Source: Pseudomonadota bacterium (GTDB lineage Bacteria; Desulfobacterota; Binatia; UBA12015). From it: a DNA stretch of 64,000 nucleotides. Below the pieces are notes generated by a model. That model was not told where the DNA came from, did no database searches, and worked only from the letters and a program-made list of their open reading frames with translations. How positions within the stretch are numbered: position 1 is the stretch's first letter; each line of letters begins with the position of its first letter. This document shows, one piece after another, positions 37,439-45,973 of the stretch. The position numbers were made by a program, and so were the translations under genes. The DNA is taken from positions 976 to 64,975 of the forward strand of contig SXLG01000013.1 in the NCBI GenBank assembly GCA_005777805.1, written 5' to 3'.

Positions 37439-37610
37439 TCGCCAGGACCGGCCGCCTTCGTCCTGCTGTCTTCCTCGTCCCGAAGTTTCAGCCTTCGCGC
37501 GAGAGGATCCGCGTCGCACTGGCCCCCGGTTGTCCGGAGCGGGCTTCGGAGGGGCGAGAACTTGGCAGAAGGGCTGCCGCGTGCGAACCGAGCCGCGGGA
37601 GGATTCGCAG

Positions 37611-38696
37611 ATGGTCACGGTCCCACGCCCCTACCTCGTCTACGGTCTCGAGCGATCCTACTTCACCCGCAAGATGACGGGCTACCTCGACTACAAGGGC
37701 ATCCCGTGGCGTTGGCGTCGCGCCGCGATGATGAACCCCGGTTTGTACGCCGCCGGCTGGACGGGCGGCATGCCCGCGATCGAATGCCCCGACGGGCAAT
37801 TCATGTGGGACACGACCGCGATGATCCTGCATCTCGAGGAGCGCTTCCCGGAGCGCAGCGTGCTTCCCGCCGATCCGGTGCAGCGGATGCTCTGCTGGTT
37901 GATCGAGGACATGTCGGATGAATGGCTCTACCGCGTCGCCGTGGGCTCGCGCTGGCACTATCCGGAGAACTCGCTTGCGGGAGGATTCGAGCTGGCGCGC
38001 GACTTCACCCACGAGGCGTCGGCGACGGCCGACGAGGCTCACCGCTTCCTCGGGGCCTATGTGCGCTCGAGTTGTCCGGGGCTCGGGGTCACGGCCTTCA
38101 CCATCGGGGCCTGGGTCGATGAAGTCCTGCGGCCCTGGACGCGCGTGCTGGGCGCGCACTTCGAGCATCACCCCTTTCTCTTCGGCGAGCGGCCGTCCTT
38201 GGCCGATTTCGCAATCTTCGGCGGTTCGATGGCCCATTTCGCGACCGACCCGGTGTGCCGGCGCTGGGCCGATACCGACGCCCCGGCCTACGTCAAGCAT
38301 CAGCAGCGACTGCTCGAGATCGACGCTTGCGAGATCGGCGACTGGCTCGAACCCGGTAACGTGTCCGAGACCCTGCTGCGCATCGCCGCGGATGCCGCCC
38401 GGCTCTACCTGCCGTGGGTGGTCGCGGCGACAGCACCCGGCACGGAGCAGGTCTTGGTTCCGTTCGCGAACGGGCCGGGCGCGCCGGTCACGGTGACGCC
38501 CTTCCTGCGCGAGTCGTGGGCGCTGCTGCTTGGCCGCTACGCGACCCTGCGCAGTCCGGCGGTGGACACCATCCTCGAGCAGGCCGGTGTGCTGCGTTTC
38601 TTTGCCGATCAAGTCGACCAGGCCCGGCCGGCGCCGAGCCCGAGCGAGCCGCCGCGCCCCGCGCTCAATCAGCCCTATCCGCCAGGGGTCATCTGA
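37611..38696 (+). CDS. Glutathione S-transferase-like protein (thioredoxin-like N-domain plus helical C-domain), putative
   Basis: ATG preceded by GGGAGGA. N-terminal YLVYGLERSYFTRKMTGYLDYKGIPW (GST_N-like beta-alpha-beta). C-terminal helical region ..PFLFGERPSLADFAIFG resembles the GST_C 'FLxGxxPSxADxxLF' block. About 361 aa, longer than canonical GSTs. Confidence 0.5.
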   Translation: MVTVPRPYLVYGLERSYFTRKMTGYLDYKGIPWRWRRAAMMNPGLYAAGWTGGMPAIECPDGQFMWDTTAMILHLEERFPERSVLPADPVQRMLCWLIEDMSDEWLYRVAVGSRWHYPENSLAGGFELARDFTHEASATADEAHRFLGAYVRSSCPGLGVTAFTIGAWVDEVLRPWTRVLGAHFEHHPFLFGERPSLADFAIFGGSMAHFATDPVCRRWADTDAPAYVKHQQRLLEIDACEIGDWLEPGNVSETLLRIAADAARLYLPWVVAATAPGTEQVLVPFANGPGAPVTVTPFLRESWALLLGRYATLRSPAVDTILEQAGVLRFFADQVDQARPAPSPSEPPRPALNQPYPPGVI

Positions 38697-38800
38697 TTTT
38701 AGGGCTTGTTGGCGGTGCGCGTCCGAGATCGCGCCAGCGGGGGCGGGGCGCGACGAAGCTCGCCGAGGCACAGGGTTGAGCGTATCTCGACGGTGGCGCC

Positions 38801-40126
38801 CTAGAGTGGCACGCCGAGCTTGCGCGCGGCACGCCACGAGGTCTCGAAGAGGAGCCGCCAGAGGATCTCCCCGCAGCTCCCGAGGCCGAGCCAGGGCGGC
38901 AGGAAGAACGGCACCCAGGCGATCGAGACGAAGATGAAGGCCATCGCGCGTGCGGCCGCGTGACGCAGGGGCGCGGCGACGCCGCGGAAGAGACCTGAGC
39001 GCGTGGGCGAGTCGTTCCACCAGCGCGCGGCGAGCACGCCGAGGCCGTTGGCCAGACCCCACAGGATGAAGCCGAGCCACGCCGAGGGCGGGTAGGTGCC
39101 GGGCCCGAGGACCTTGAGCGCCCCCCAGACGTGCCAGAGTCCACTCGCGACAAAGACCGCCAGCACGTTCAACGCGACGTGACGGCGATTACCGCCGAGC
39201 GGGATGTACACGTAGTTGCGCAGCCAGACGCCGAACGAGATGTGCCAGCGCCGCCAGAACTCGGCCACCGAGCGCGCGCGCCAGGGCCGGTCGAAGTTCT
39301 CCATCGTCGCGAAGCCGAGCAGGCGACCGAGCGCCACCGCGACGTCGGTCCAGCCCGAGAACACGATGTAGAACTGAAAATAGAGCTCGAAGACCCAGAG
39401 CCAGAGGCGTTCCACCGTGACGCCGCCACCGCCGGTGGCGAAGACGAGATCGCTGGCTCGGCCGAGATAGAAGCCGCCAATCATGACTTTGAGGCAGCCG
39501 AACAAGAGCCGTCCCACGAGCGGTCCCGCGGCGCGCAGCCAGTCGCGCAGATCCGCCCAGGTGTCGACCGCGGGACCGCTCCCGCGGCTTGCTGCCATCT
39601 GTTCGGTCGTCTCGATCGGGCCATTGACGAAAGTCGGGAAGAAGAGCGTGGCGAGGAGGAACTCGCGCAGCGTCCGCGGCGCCACGCCACGGCTCCTGCG
39701 GTCGACCAGATAGGCCACGCAGCGCAGCCACCAGACGTTGGTCGCAAACGCCCAGAACTCGCGGATGTGGCTCGTGTTGCCGGTGAACCAGGCCTCCGGC
39801 AAGAACGCGGGATAGAGGAGAAGCAGGAGGGCGAGCGCACTCGCGGCGAACGTTCCGGCGCGGCCGGGCACGCGCTCGATGCAGCCAAAGAAGGCCAGCG
39901 AGAAGGCCAGCGCGACCGCCGTCACGGGCAGCGAGCCGAGCAGAGCCAGGCTCGCCACCGAGAGCCCGACCAGCCCCCACTCGCGCCCCCGCCTCCCGAG
40001 CGGCGCCAGCGCGATGCCGAGTGCGCAGGCGAGCGCGCCGTAGAGGACGACCCGAGCGAAGAGGCTGTGACGGGCCTCGAAGATACCGACGCCGAGATCC
40101 CACAGCTCGCCGCCGATAAGATTCAT
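38801..40126 (-). CDS. MBOAT family membrane O-acyltransferase (AlgI/DltB/PatA-like)
   Basis: Start MNLIGGELW. Conserved MBOAT blocks FWRRWHISFGVWLRNYVYIPLGGNRRHVALNVLAVFVASGLWH (catalytic His region). The upstream 268 codons of the track ORF are Arg-rich and non-coding. Confidence 0.8.
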   Translation of the reverse strand: MNLIGGELWDLGVGIFEARHSLFARVVLYGALACALGIALAPLGRRGREWGLVGLSVASLALLGSLPVTAVALAFSLAFFGCIERVPGRAGTFAASALALLLLLYPAFLPEAWFTGNTSHIREFWAFATNVWWLRCVAYLVDRRSRGVAPRTLREFLLATLFFPTFVNGPIETTEQMAASRGSGPAVDTWADLRDWLRAAGPLVGRLLFGCLKVMIGGFYLGRASDLVFATGGGGVTVERLWLWVFELYFQFYIVFSGWTDVAVALGRLLGFATMENFDRPWRARSVAEFWRRWHISFGVWLRNYVYIPLGGNRRHVALNVLAVFVASGLWHVWGALKVLGPGTYPPSAWLGFILWGLANGLGVLAARWWNDSPTRSGLFRGVAAPLRHAAARAMAFIFVSIAWVPFFLPPWLGLGSCGEILWRLLFETSWRAARKLGVPL

Positions 40127-40140
40127 GACGCTGGCCCCGG

Positions 40141-41262
40141 TCACAGGCGGTGCCCGCGCACGACGCCTGCGGGCCAGAGGCCGCGTGCGTCGAGCAGATC
40201 CCAGACCGCGTGGCTCGCCAGGAAATGGGCGTCCCGGCCCCAGCGCCGCGTGCCCGGCACGCAGAGTTCGGTCGTGGCGACCGCCGCCGCATGTTCCGCG
40301 AAGGCCGGTGTCAAATCGGCGCAGGGCGCGATGCCAGCCAGGGCCGCGCAGAGATCGTCGTCGGGGGCCGTTTCCGCAAGCGGGCAGGGTGGTGCGATCA
40401 GGATCGCGAGTCGCGCGTCCTGTGCAGCGGCGGCACGGGCGAGTGACGTGATTTCGCGGGCGAGTTGCGCGCGGGCAGGCTTGCGCTCGGCCGGGGACAC
40501 GAGTGGTGCGGGCCGCTCGATGCGAACTGCGGTTGATCGCGCCGCGGTATCGTCGTCGCGCAGAGGCCCATGGCCGGCGAGATCGACCAGGCCGCTGGCC
40601 GGGGGCAGCAGGTCCTCGCCGTCGGCGGGTGCCGGCCGGGCTCGTGGTGGTGACACCGTGGCGGCGAGGTCGGCCTCCGGATCGACCAGCACGACGACCA
40701 GAGCGGGTGTGAAGCGCGGGCCGCGCGCTTCGAGCCAGCGTCGCTGCTGGGCCGTCGCATAACCGGGTAGCGTTGCGTTGATTCCGGCCACGCGGCGGCC
40801 GAGCGTCCGGTCGGCGAGGAGTGCGATGCGCGTCGAGAGCCGATCCTCGCGCGCCACCATCAAGCCATCGGCGGTCTCGTTGCCGAGCACGAGCACCCGC
40901 ACCTCGTCGGCCCGCGGTGTTGCTGGCCAAGGTTGGTCGGCCTGGCCCTCGGCGTTGATCCGCAGGGGCGTGGCGAAGCCGCCCGTGCAGGAGCGCACCT
41001 GTGCGGTGAGCCCAGGCGCGAAGGTCCAGCCCACGTCGTCGCTTGCGACCAGCAGAGCCGCGTCGTCACCGACGCAAAGCGGCCCACCTTCGATGCCCGA
41101 GCGGAGGCGCGCCAGCGCCAGCGCGGCGACGAGCCCGAGGGTGGCCGCGGCGAGGCGCGGGCCACGGCGACGGGCCCCCACGAGGCGAGGGCCGTCAAGC
41201 GAATAGGTGGAGTCGAGCGGCATCGGCTTCGGGTGGAATGTTTCCGCGATCGCGGCCCGCAA
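40141..41262 (-). CDS. Putative periplasmic SGNH-like partner of the MBOAT (AlgX/AlgJ/DltD-like), signal-anchored
   Basis: Immediately upstream of the MBOAT (15 bp gap). N-terminal hydrophobic anchor AATLGLVAALALARL. VLVLGNETADG resembles the SGNH block I / AlgX_N 'GN(S/E)' region. Weak and context-driven. Confidence 0.4.
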   Translation of the reverse strand: MRAAIAETFHPKPMPLDSTYSLDGPRLVGARRRGPRLAAATLGLVAALALARLRSGIEGGPLCVGDDAALLVASDDVGWTFAPGLTAQVRSCTGGFATPLRINAEGQADQPWPATPRADEVRVLVLGNETADGLMVAREDRLSTRIALLADRTLGRRVAGINATLPGYATAQQRRWLEARGPRFTPALVVVLVDPEADLAATVSPPRARPAPADGEDLLPPASGLVDLAGHGPLRDDDTAARSTAVRIERPAPLVSPAERKPARAQLAREITSLARAAAAQDARLAILIAPPCPLAETAPDDDLCAALAGIAPCADLTPAFAEHAAAVATTELCVPGTRRWGRDAHFLASHAVWDLLDARGLWPAGVVRGHRL

Positions 41263-41279
41263 GGCAACGCCGGCGAGGC

Positions 41280-43556
41280 TCAGTGGCTCCCGCTCGGCGG
41301 CGGGCCGATCTCCACCCCTGCGAACACCCGCGCCAGGGGTTGGTCGACGCCGACCTGCTCGAGCGCGATCTCGAGCCGCCAGCGGCCGTGCGCCGCCGGC
41401 GGTGGCAGCAGCAGCAGCGAGACCGGTTGACGGCTATGCGCCGGCACGTCGAAAGCGAGCCTCGATTCGAGCCGAGTCGGCACGATTCGCCCGTCGGGTC
41501 CGTGCCAGCGATGTCGCAGAACCACCAGGCCCTCGGGGCGTGCGTCGGCCCCCGGCAGGGCGCAATCACTATGATTGACGAGCATGAGAGGTACCCGCAC
41601 GGCCACCGGAATGAGGCTCAAGCGCTCGGGCACCACGACATCCACCAGGTCGATGTTGCGGCGGCAGGCTGCGGGCAGCGGCGCGCGTGGCGTGCCCTCC
41701 AGCGTGGTGTCGTGCAGCGCCGCCGAGCGTATGGCCAGCGCTGCCGCTAGGTCGGGCTCCGTCCCCGTCGCGTCGTCATCAACCCGCAGGATCCGGTCTC
41801 CAGCGAAGGTTTCGACCACGCTGAGCCGGCGCGGCAGAGGCATGGCCCAGCGCGCCAATTCGGGCGCGGTGAGAGCGTCCCCGCGCAGCAGGATCCAACG
41901 CAGATGAGTCAGCGCGACCAGCCGGTCGAGTGCCGTCGCGTCGGGCAGGTCGCGCACCGCGGCCGCGATCAGGCCGGCGGCCGGCGGCGGGTAGGCGGTG
42001 TAGCCGTTGAGCAAGGGCCAGAAGGCCTGCGTGCTGGCGACCATGGCCCGGGCGTTGCGCAAATTGCCGATTGGATCGTCGGCGCCGGTCGGTCCGGGGA
42101 TCTCGAGCACGGCTTCGCCCGCGGCGTGGTGCTCGAGCCAGCGATGCGCCGCCGCCGCCGACGCGCCGAGTCCCGAAGCTTCCACCGGGGCGGGGTGCGG
42201 GGCGGCAGTCCAGAGGCAGGCGAGCGCGAGGGCTGACGCCACGAGCAGGCGTGCCGCGGGTCGCATTCGATCGAGCAGCGGTGCGGCGAGGAGTCCCGCC
42301 AGCGCGGCGAGCATCGACGCGACAAGCAGCGAAAATCGGACGGGGCCGCGCATCGACGAAAAGCCCGGCACCCATGCGTACAGGAGTTTGTAGGGCAGGG
42401 GCATGACGCCCCCACCGGGGAGGACGAAATCCGGCCCCGCAGAGAGCACCACCCCGACCAGCGCCACGCTCGCCAGCCCCACGGCCGGCGAGAGCAACTG
42501 GGCACCGCTCGCCCTCCCCGTTGGTTGGGGCCGCCCGAACCTGCGTCCGACGAGGCCGATCGCCACCACCAGCAGTGTCACCGGGCCGGCCCGGCCGACG
42601 AACTCGAACGAGAAGTACTGCCAGGGCATCCACGAGAACGCCCGGATCCACTCCGGCGGGAAGGCCGGGATTCTCCCTTGACCACGACCTTCGAGGTAGG
42701 GCAGTGCCGCCGGCAGCAGGGCCAGCGAGGCCAGTGCCGTGGCGAGCAGTACGCCCACGCCGGCGCGCCAGCGGCGCGGAGCCCCGAGGAGGCGGGTTGC
42801 GGCGTAGACCGGCACGGCGATGAAAGTAAAAAAACCGAGATAGACGCACGACAACGCCTGGAGGGCGAGTGCGGCCCCGAGGCCAGGGAGCCAGCGCCGA
42901 CGGCCGCGCTCGAACCAGAGATCGACGGCGAGGAGGGCCAGCGGCAGCCAGGCGGTGCCGAGGTACTGCGGCTGCGGCAGCGTCTTCACGCGCAGGGGCG
43001 TGAAGGTGTAGGCGGCTCCGGCCAGCAATGCGGCGGTGAAGCTCCCGGTGTGGTGGCGCACGTAGAGGAACATGCCGAGTCCGGCGAGAGCGAAGCTTTC
43101 GACGAGAAAGCCCTCGAACATGGTTACGGCGTCGCCGCTCAGCGCCAGCAGGGGGGCGGTGAAGGGCAGATGAGCCAGCATATTTTCCGAGCCGAGGATC
43201 GCGCCCGGCAGCGGGTGGTAGATGTTGCCGTCGAGCAGATGTGACGGATCGTGCAGGGCGGCCCACGCGACCCAGGCGAGGATCCACAGGTTGAGCAGGA
43301 GGTCGGCGTTGGCCATGGCACCGATCGGGCCCGGCGAGTGCGGCAACAGGGCCGCGGAGCCGAACCAGGGTCGCAGCAGCCAGGGCACGGCGAGCGCGTA
43401 GAAGGCCAGGGCTACGAGCGCTTCGCCGACCCCGCGCAGACCGCCGGCGCGGGTCCGCCCGGGCGTGGCGTCGCTCGCGCAAATACCGGGTGTGCTGGAC
43501 TTCGGGGCGGGGCTGCCGCTGCCGGTCGGCGTGGCGCTCGTCTCAGTCGGTGACAT
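41280..43556 (-). CDS. Large polytopic membrane protein with C-terminal periplasmic domain (possible GT-C / YfhO-like glycosyltransferase)
   Basis: Start at MSPTETS (overlaps the 3' end of the sulfatase-like gene by about 14 nt). More than 10 TM helices (LVALAFYALAVPWLL.., ADLLLNLWILAWVAWAAL..). C-terminal about 250 aa soluble domain. Confidence 0.5.
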   Translation of the reverse strand: MSPTETSATPTGSGSPAPKSSTPGICASDATPGRTRAGGLRGVGEALVALAFYALAVPWLLRPWFGSAALLPHSPGPIGAMANADLLLNLWILAWVAWAALHDPSHLLDGNIYHPLPGAILGSENMLAHLPFTAPLLALSGDAVTMFEGFLVESFALAGLGMFLYVRHHTGSFTAALLAGAAYTFTPLRVKTLPQPQYLGTAWLPLALLAVDLWFERGRRRWLPGLGAALALQALSCVYLGFFTFIAVPVYAATRLLGAPRRWRAGVGVLLATALASLALLPAALPYLEGRGQGRIPAFPPEWIRAFSWMPWQYFSFEFVGRAGPVTLLVVAIGLVGRRFGRPQPTGRASGAQLLSPAVGLASVALVGVVLSAGPDFVLPGGGVMPLPYKLLYAWVPGFSSMRGPVRFSLLVASMLAALAGLLAAPLLDRMRPAARLLVASALALACLWTAAPHPAPVEASGLGASAAAAHRWLEHHAAGEAVLEIPGPTGADDPIGNLRNARAMVASTQAFWPLLNGYTAYPPPAAGLIAAAVRDLPDATALDRLVALTHLRWILLRGDALTAPELARWAMPLPRRLSVVETFAGDRILRVDDDATGTEPDLAAALAIRSAALHDTTLEGTPRAPLPAACRRNIDLVDVVVPERLSLIPVAVRVPLMLVNHSDCALPGADARPEGLVVLRHRWHGPDGRIVPTRLESRLAFDVPAHSRQPVSLLLLPPPAAHGRWRLEIALEQVGVDQPLARVFAGVEIGPPPSGSH

Positions 43557-45891
43557 AGCCGAGAGCCTCCAGCCTGCGGCGAACCTCGGGGTCGCCGATT
43601 CCGGGGCGGGCGAGGGGGGTATCGCCGCGTCCTCTCCAAAGACAGAGCTTGATGCCAACTTCCGGTGCCGGGCAGGTCGGCGCCTGGGTTGTCTCCAGGC
43701 GCGGGTCGCGGAGATCGACCTCGATCCCGCCAGCGGCGGCAGCCCCGGCAGTCGCGGGCGCCCGTTCGAGCCTGCCGGCGTCGGCGCCGAGTTCGACCAC
43801 CAGCGGCCCGGCCGTCGCGTCTGCGAGCGCGACGAGGATCAGGTCGCGCGGACTCTTGCCCGACGGATCGACGGTGCGATCGAAGCGGAACCCCGCCGTG
43901 GTGTCGGGGCTGGTTTCCGCACGCGCGTTCAGAGTGGTGCCATCGGGGGAGAGTGAGAGCCGGAGCGGCTGCGCACCGGGATGGCGATCGAGCGTGACGA
44001 AGCTGCCGCTGTGCGGCCGGCTGCGCAGGACAAGCGCCACGGGGCCCGACTTGGCGGCGACCCATCGGGCCTGCACGCCGCGCTCGCGCAGCGGGGCGCG
44101 AGCCTGTTCGAGGACCGCCGTGGCGCGGGCGGCGGCAGCAACCTCGTCGGCCGGTCGGGGGCGCTTTTCGGTGGGATCGGCGCGCAGGTCGAAGATTTCG
44201 CGCGTCGAGTGGTCGAGACCCTCGATCAATTTGAGATCGCCGATCCGACTCGCGAAGCGAGCCGGGTACTGGGCCTGCGTGGCGGTCGCGAGCAGTGGGT
44301 CGGCGGGCAGGGCGGGGTTTGCGAGGACCTGGGCCAGGGGGCGTCCCTCGAAGCCCGCCGGGATCGGAAGGCCAAGCCAGTCGAGGATCGACGGGGCGAG
44401 GTCGAGTGTCTGCACGGGACGCTCCACGACCCGATTCCTCGCCGTGGGGCCGGCACCGGGCAAGCGGATCACGAGTGGCACGTGCAGCAGTTCCTCGAAG
44501 AGACTCTGGCCGTGGAAGAAGCGGCCGTGCTCCCAGAATTCCTCGCCGTGGTCGGCGGTGATCACGATCAGGGTCTCTTCGAGCCGCTGGTGCAGGCGTA
44601 GCCAGTCGAGCAGACGGGCGAGCTGCGCATCGATCGAGCGGATCGCCGCATCGTAGAGCGCCACGATGTGGCGGCGGTCACGCGCGTCGTAGCGGCCGGC
44701 ATCGGCCCCCTCCACGTCGGAAAAGGGTACGGCTACGGGGCCTGAGTAGTCGGGCTCGGCGAAGGCCTTGATCCACTCGCGGGGGGGCGCGTAGGGCGTG
44801 TGGGCATCGAGGTAGTGCAGGTAGAGCGCGAAGCGGTCGTGCCCGTGCTCGTCAAGCCAGTGCAGGGCCGCGTCGGTGATCTGGCGGGCATCGAGCGTGC
44901 CGGAGAGGAGACGATCGAAAGTCCGCGGTGGTTTGCCGTGCAGATCGCTCGCGAGCCAGAGCGGGATCCAGGCGTTGTTGACGATGGCGGCGCTGGCGAT
45001 GCCCTGGCGCGCGATGGGCTCGGTCAGCGTTGGGTCGCGTGGCCCAGGGAGGAGACGCGAGGTGAAGAGCTGCGGGATCGAGGGCAGGGTCATGGGCGCG
45101 TTGGCGTGGGCGGCGGCGAAGCGGATGCCGTCGCGGGCCAGGGCGTCGATGACCGGTGTGGTGTCGCGCCCGTAGCCGTGGCTCCCGACATGGTCGGCGC
45201 GCAGGCAGTCGATTGTGATCAATAAAAGATTGTGCGCGGCGGAGCGGGTTTCCCCGGTGCGCAGGCGGGTGGCGCTCCACAGCAACGCGACCGGGTGTGC
45301 GGGCGCGGCCGCGCCGAGGTTGCGCGAGCGCAGGACGATGCGGCCACGGCGCCCGGCCAGCGCGCCGAGGTCGAGGCGTTCGTCCCACCAGCGCCGATCG
45401 CTCTCTTGGCGGCGCAGGTCGATGCGGCGCGCGAGCAGAAGGGTCTCGTCACCATCGTCCTCGGGGACGAAAACGATCTCGACCTCGAGCGGCTCGGCAA
45501 GCTGCGGCAGTTCGCTGAGGAAGACCATCGAGGACGCGGCGAAGCCGGTGTCGAGCCAGGCGTGCGCCGGCATCTCGAGCGCGGGCAGGCGGATCTCGGC
45601 CCCCACCGTCGTGGCAAGGACCGCGCGAGCTTCGCCGTGCGCGCCGCGAATCGCGAGTTCGCTCGCGCGCGGCAATGCGATCAGGTCATCGCCGGCCGCG
45701 ACGAGGAGATCGAGCGCTGGTGGCGCGGCGCGGGACTCTGCTGGCGCCGCCGGAGAGGGGTTGCGCGTCTCGGCGACGGGGGACGGCGGGGCTGGCCGTG
45801 GCGCGGCCGCGAGTGTCGGCCGGGAGGCGAGCGTGGCGGCGACGCCGAGGGCCAGGGCGCGTGCCAGCAATCGAACGGGGCGTGCCGACAT
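43543..45891 (-). CDS. Exported sulfatase-fold (alkaline phosphatase superfamily; LtaS/EptA/OpgB-like) hydrolase/transferase with an N-terminal accessory domain
   Basis: Signal peptide MSARPVRLLARALALGVAATLASRPTLAAA. Core motif LLLITIDCLRADHVGSHGY..PVIDALARDGIRF; later HHGEEFWEHGRFFHG (metal/His block). It lacks the C-x-P-x-R formylglycine motif, so it is probably not a true sulfatase. Confidence 0.65.
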   Translation of the reverse strand: MSARPVRLLARALALGVAATLASRPTLAAAPRPAPPSPVAETRNPSPAAPAESRAAPPALDLLVAAGDDLIALPRASELAIRGAHGEARAVLATTVGAEIRLPALEMPAHAWLDTGFAASSMVFLSELPQLAEPLEVEIVFVPEDDGDETLLLARRIDLRRQESDRRWWDERLDLGALAGRRGRIVLRSRNLGAAAPAHPVALLWSATRLRTGETRSAAHNLLLITIDCLRADHVGSHGYGRDTTPVIDALARDGIRFAAAHANAPMTLPSIPQLFTSRLLPGPRDPTLTEPIARQGIASAAIVNNAWIPLWLASDLHGKPPRTFDRLLSGTLDARQITDAALHWLDEHGHDRFALYLHYLDAHTPYAPPREWIKAFAEPDYSGPVAVPFSDVEGADAGRYDARDRRHIVALYDAAIRSIDAQLARLLDWLRLHQRLEETLIVITADHGEEFWEHGRFFHGQSLFEELLHVPLVIRLPGAGPTARNRVVERPVQTLDLAPSILDWLGLPIPAGFEGRPLAQVLANPALPADPLLATATQAQYPARFASRIGDLKLIEGLDHSTREIFDLRADPTEKRPRPADEVAAAARATAVLEQARAPLRERGVQARWVAAKSGPVALVLRSRPHSGSFVTLDRHPGAQPLRLSLSPDGTTLNARAETSPDTTAGFRFDRTVDPSGKSPRDLILVALADATAGPLVVELGADAGRLERAPATAGAAAAGGIEVDLRDPRLETTQAPTCPAPEVGIKLCLWRGRGDTPLARPGIGDPEVRRRLEALGYVTD

Positions 45892-45973
45892 CTCAAGATC
45901 CTATCGGGCCCGCGGCGGGGGCACTACGGCATGTCTCGCGCAGCCGTTTCGATCGATTGCCACGCGCACGATC

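Noticed and set aside
43543-45891. Calling the exported sulfatase-fold protein a genuine arylsulfatase.
   Set aside because: The formylglycine C/S-x-P-x-R motif is absent (the sequence has IDCLRADH). The LtaS/EptA/phosphonate-monoesterase-type transferase/hydrolase interpretation fits better, so the call was kept generic.
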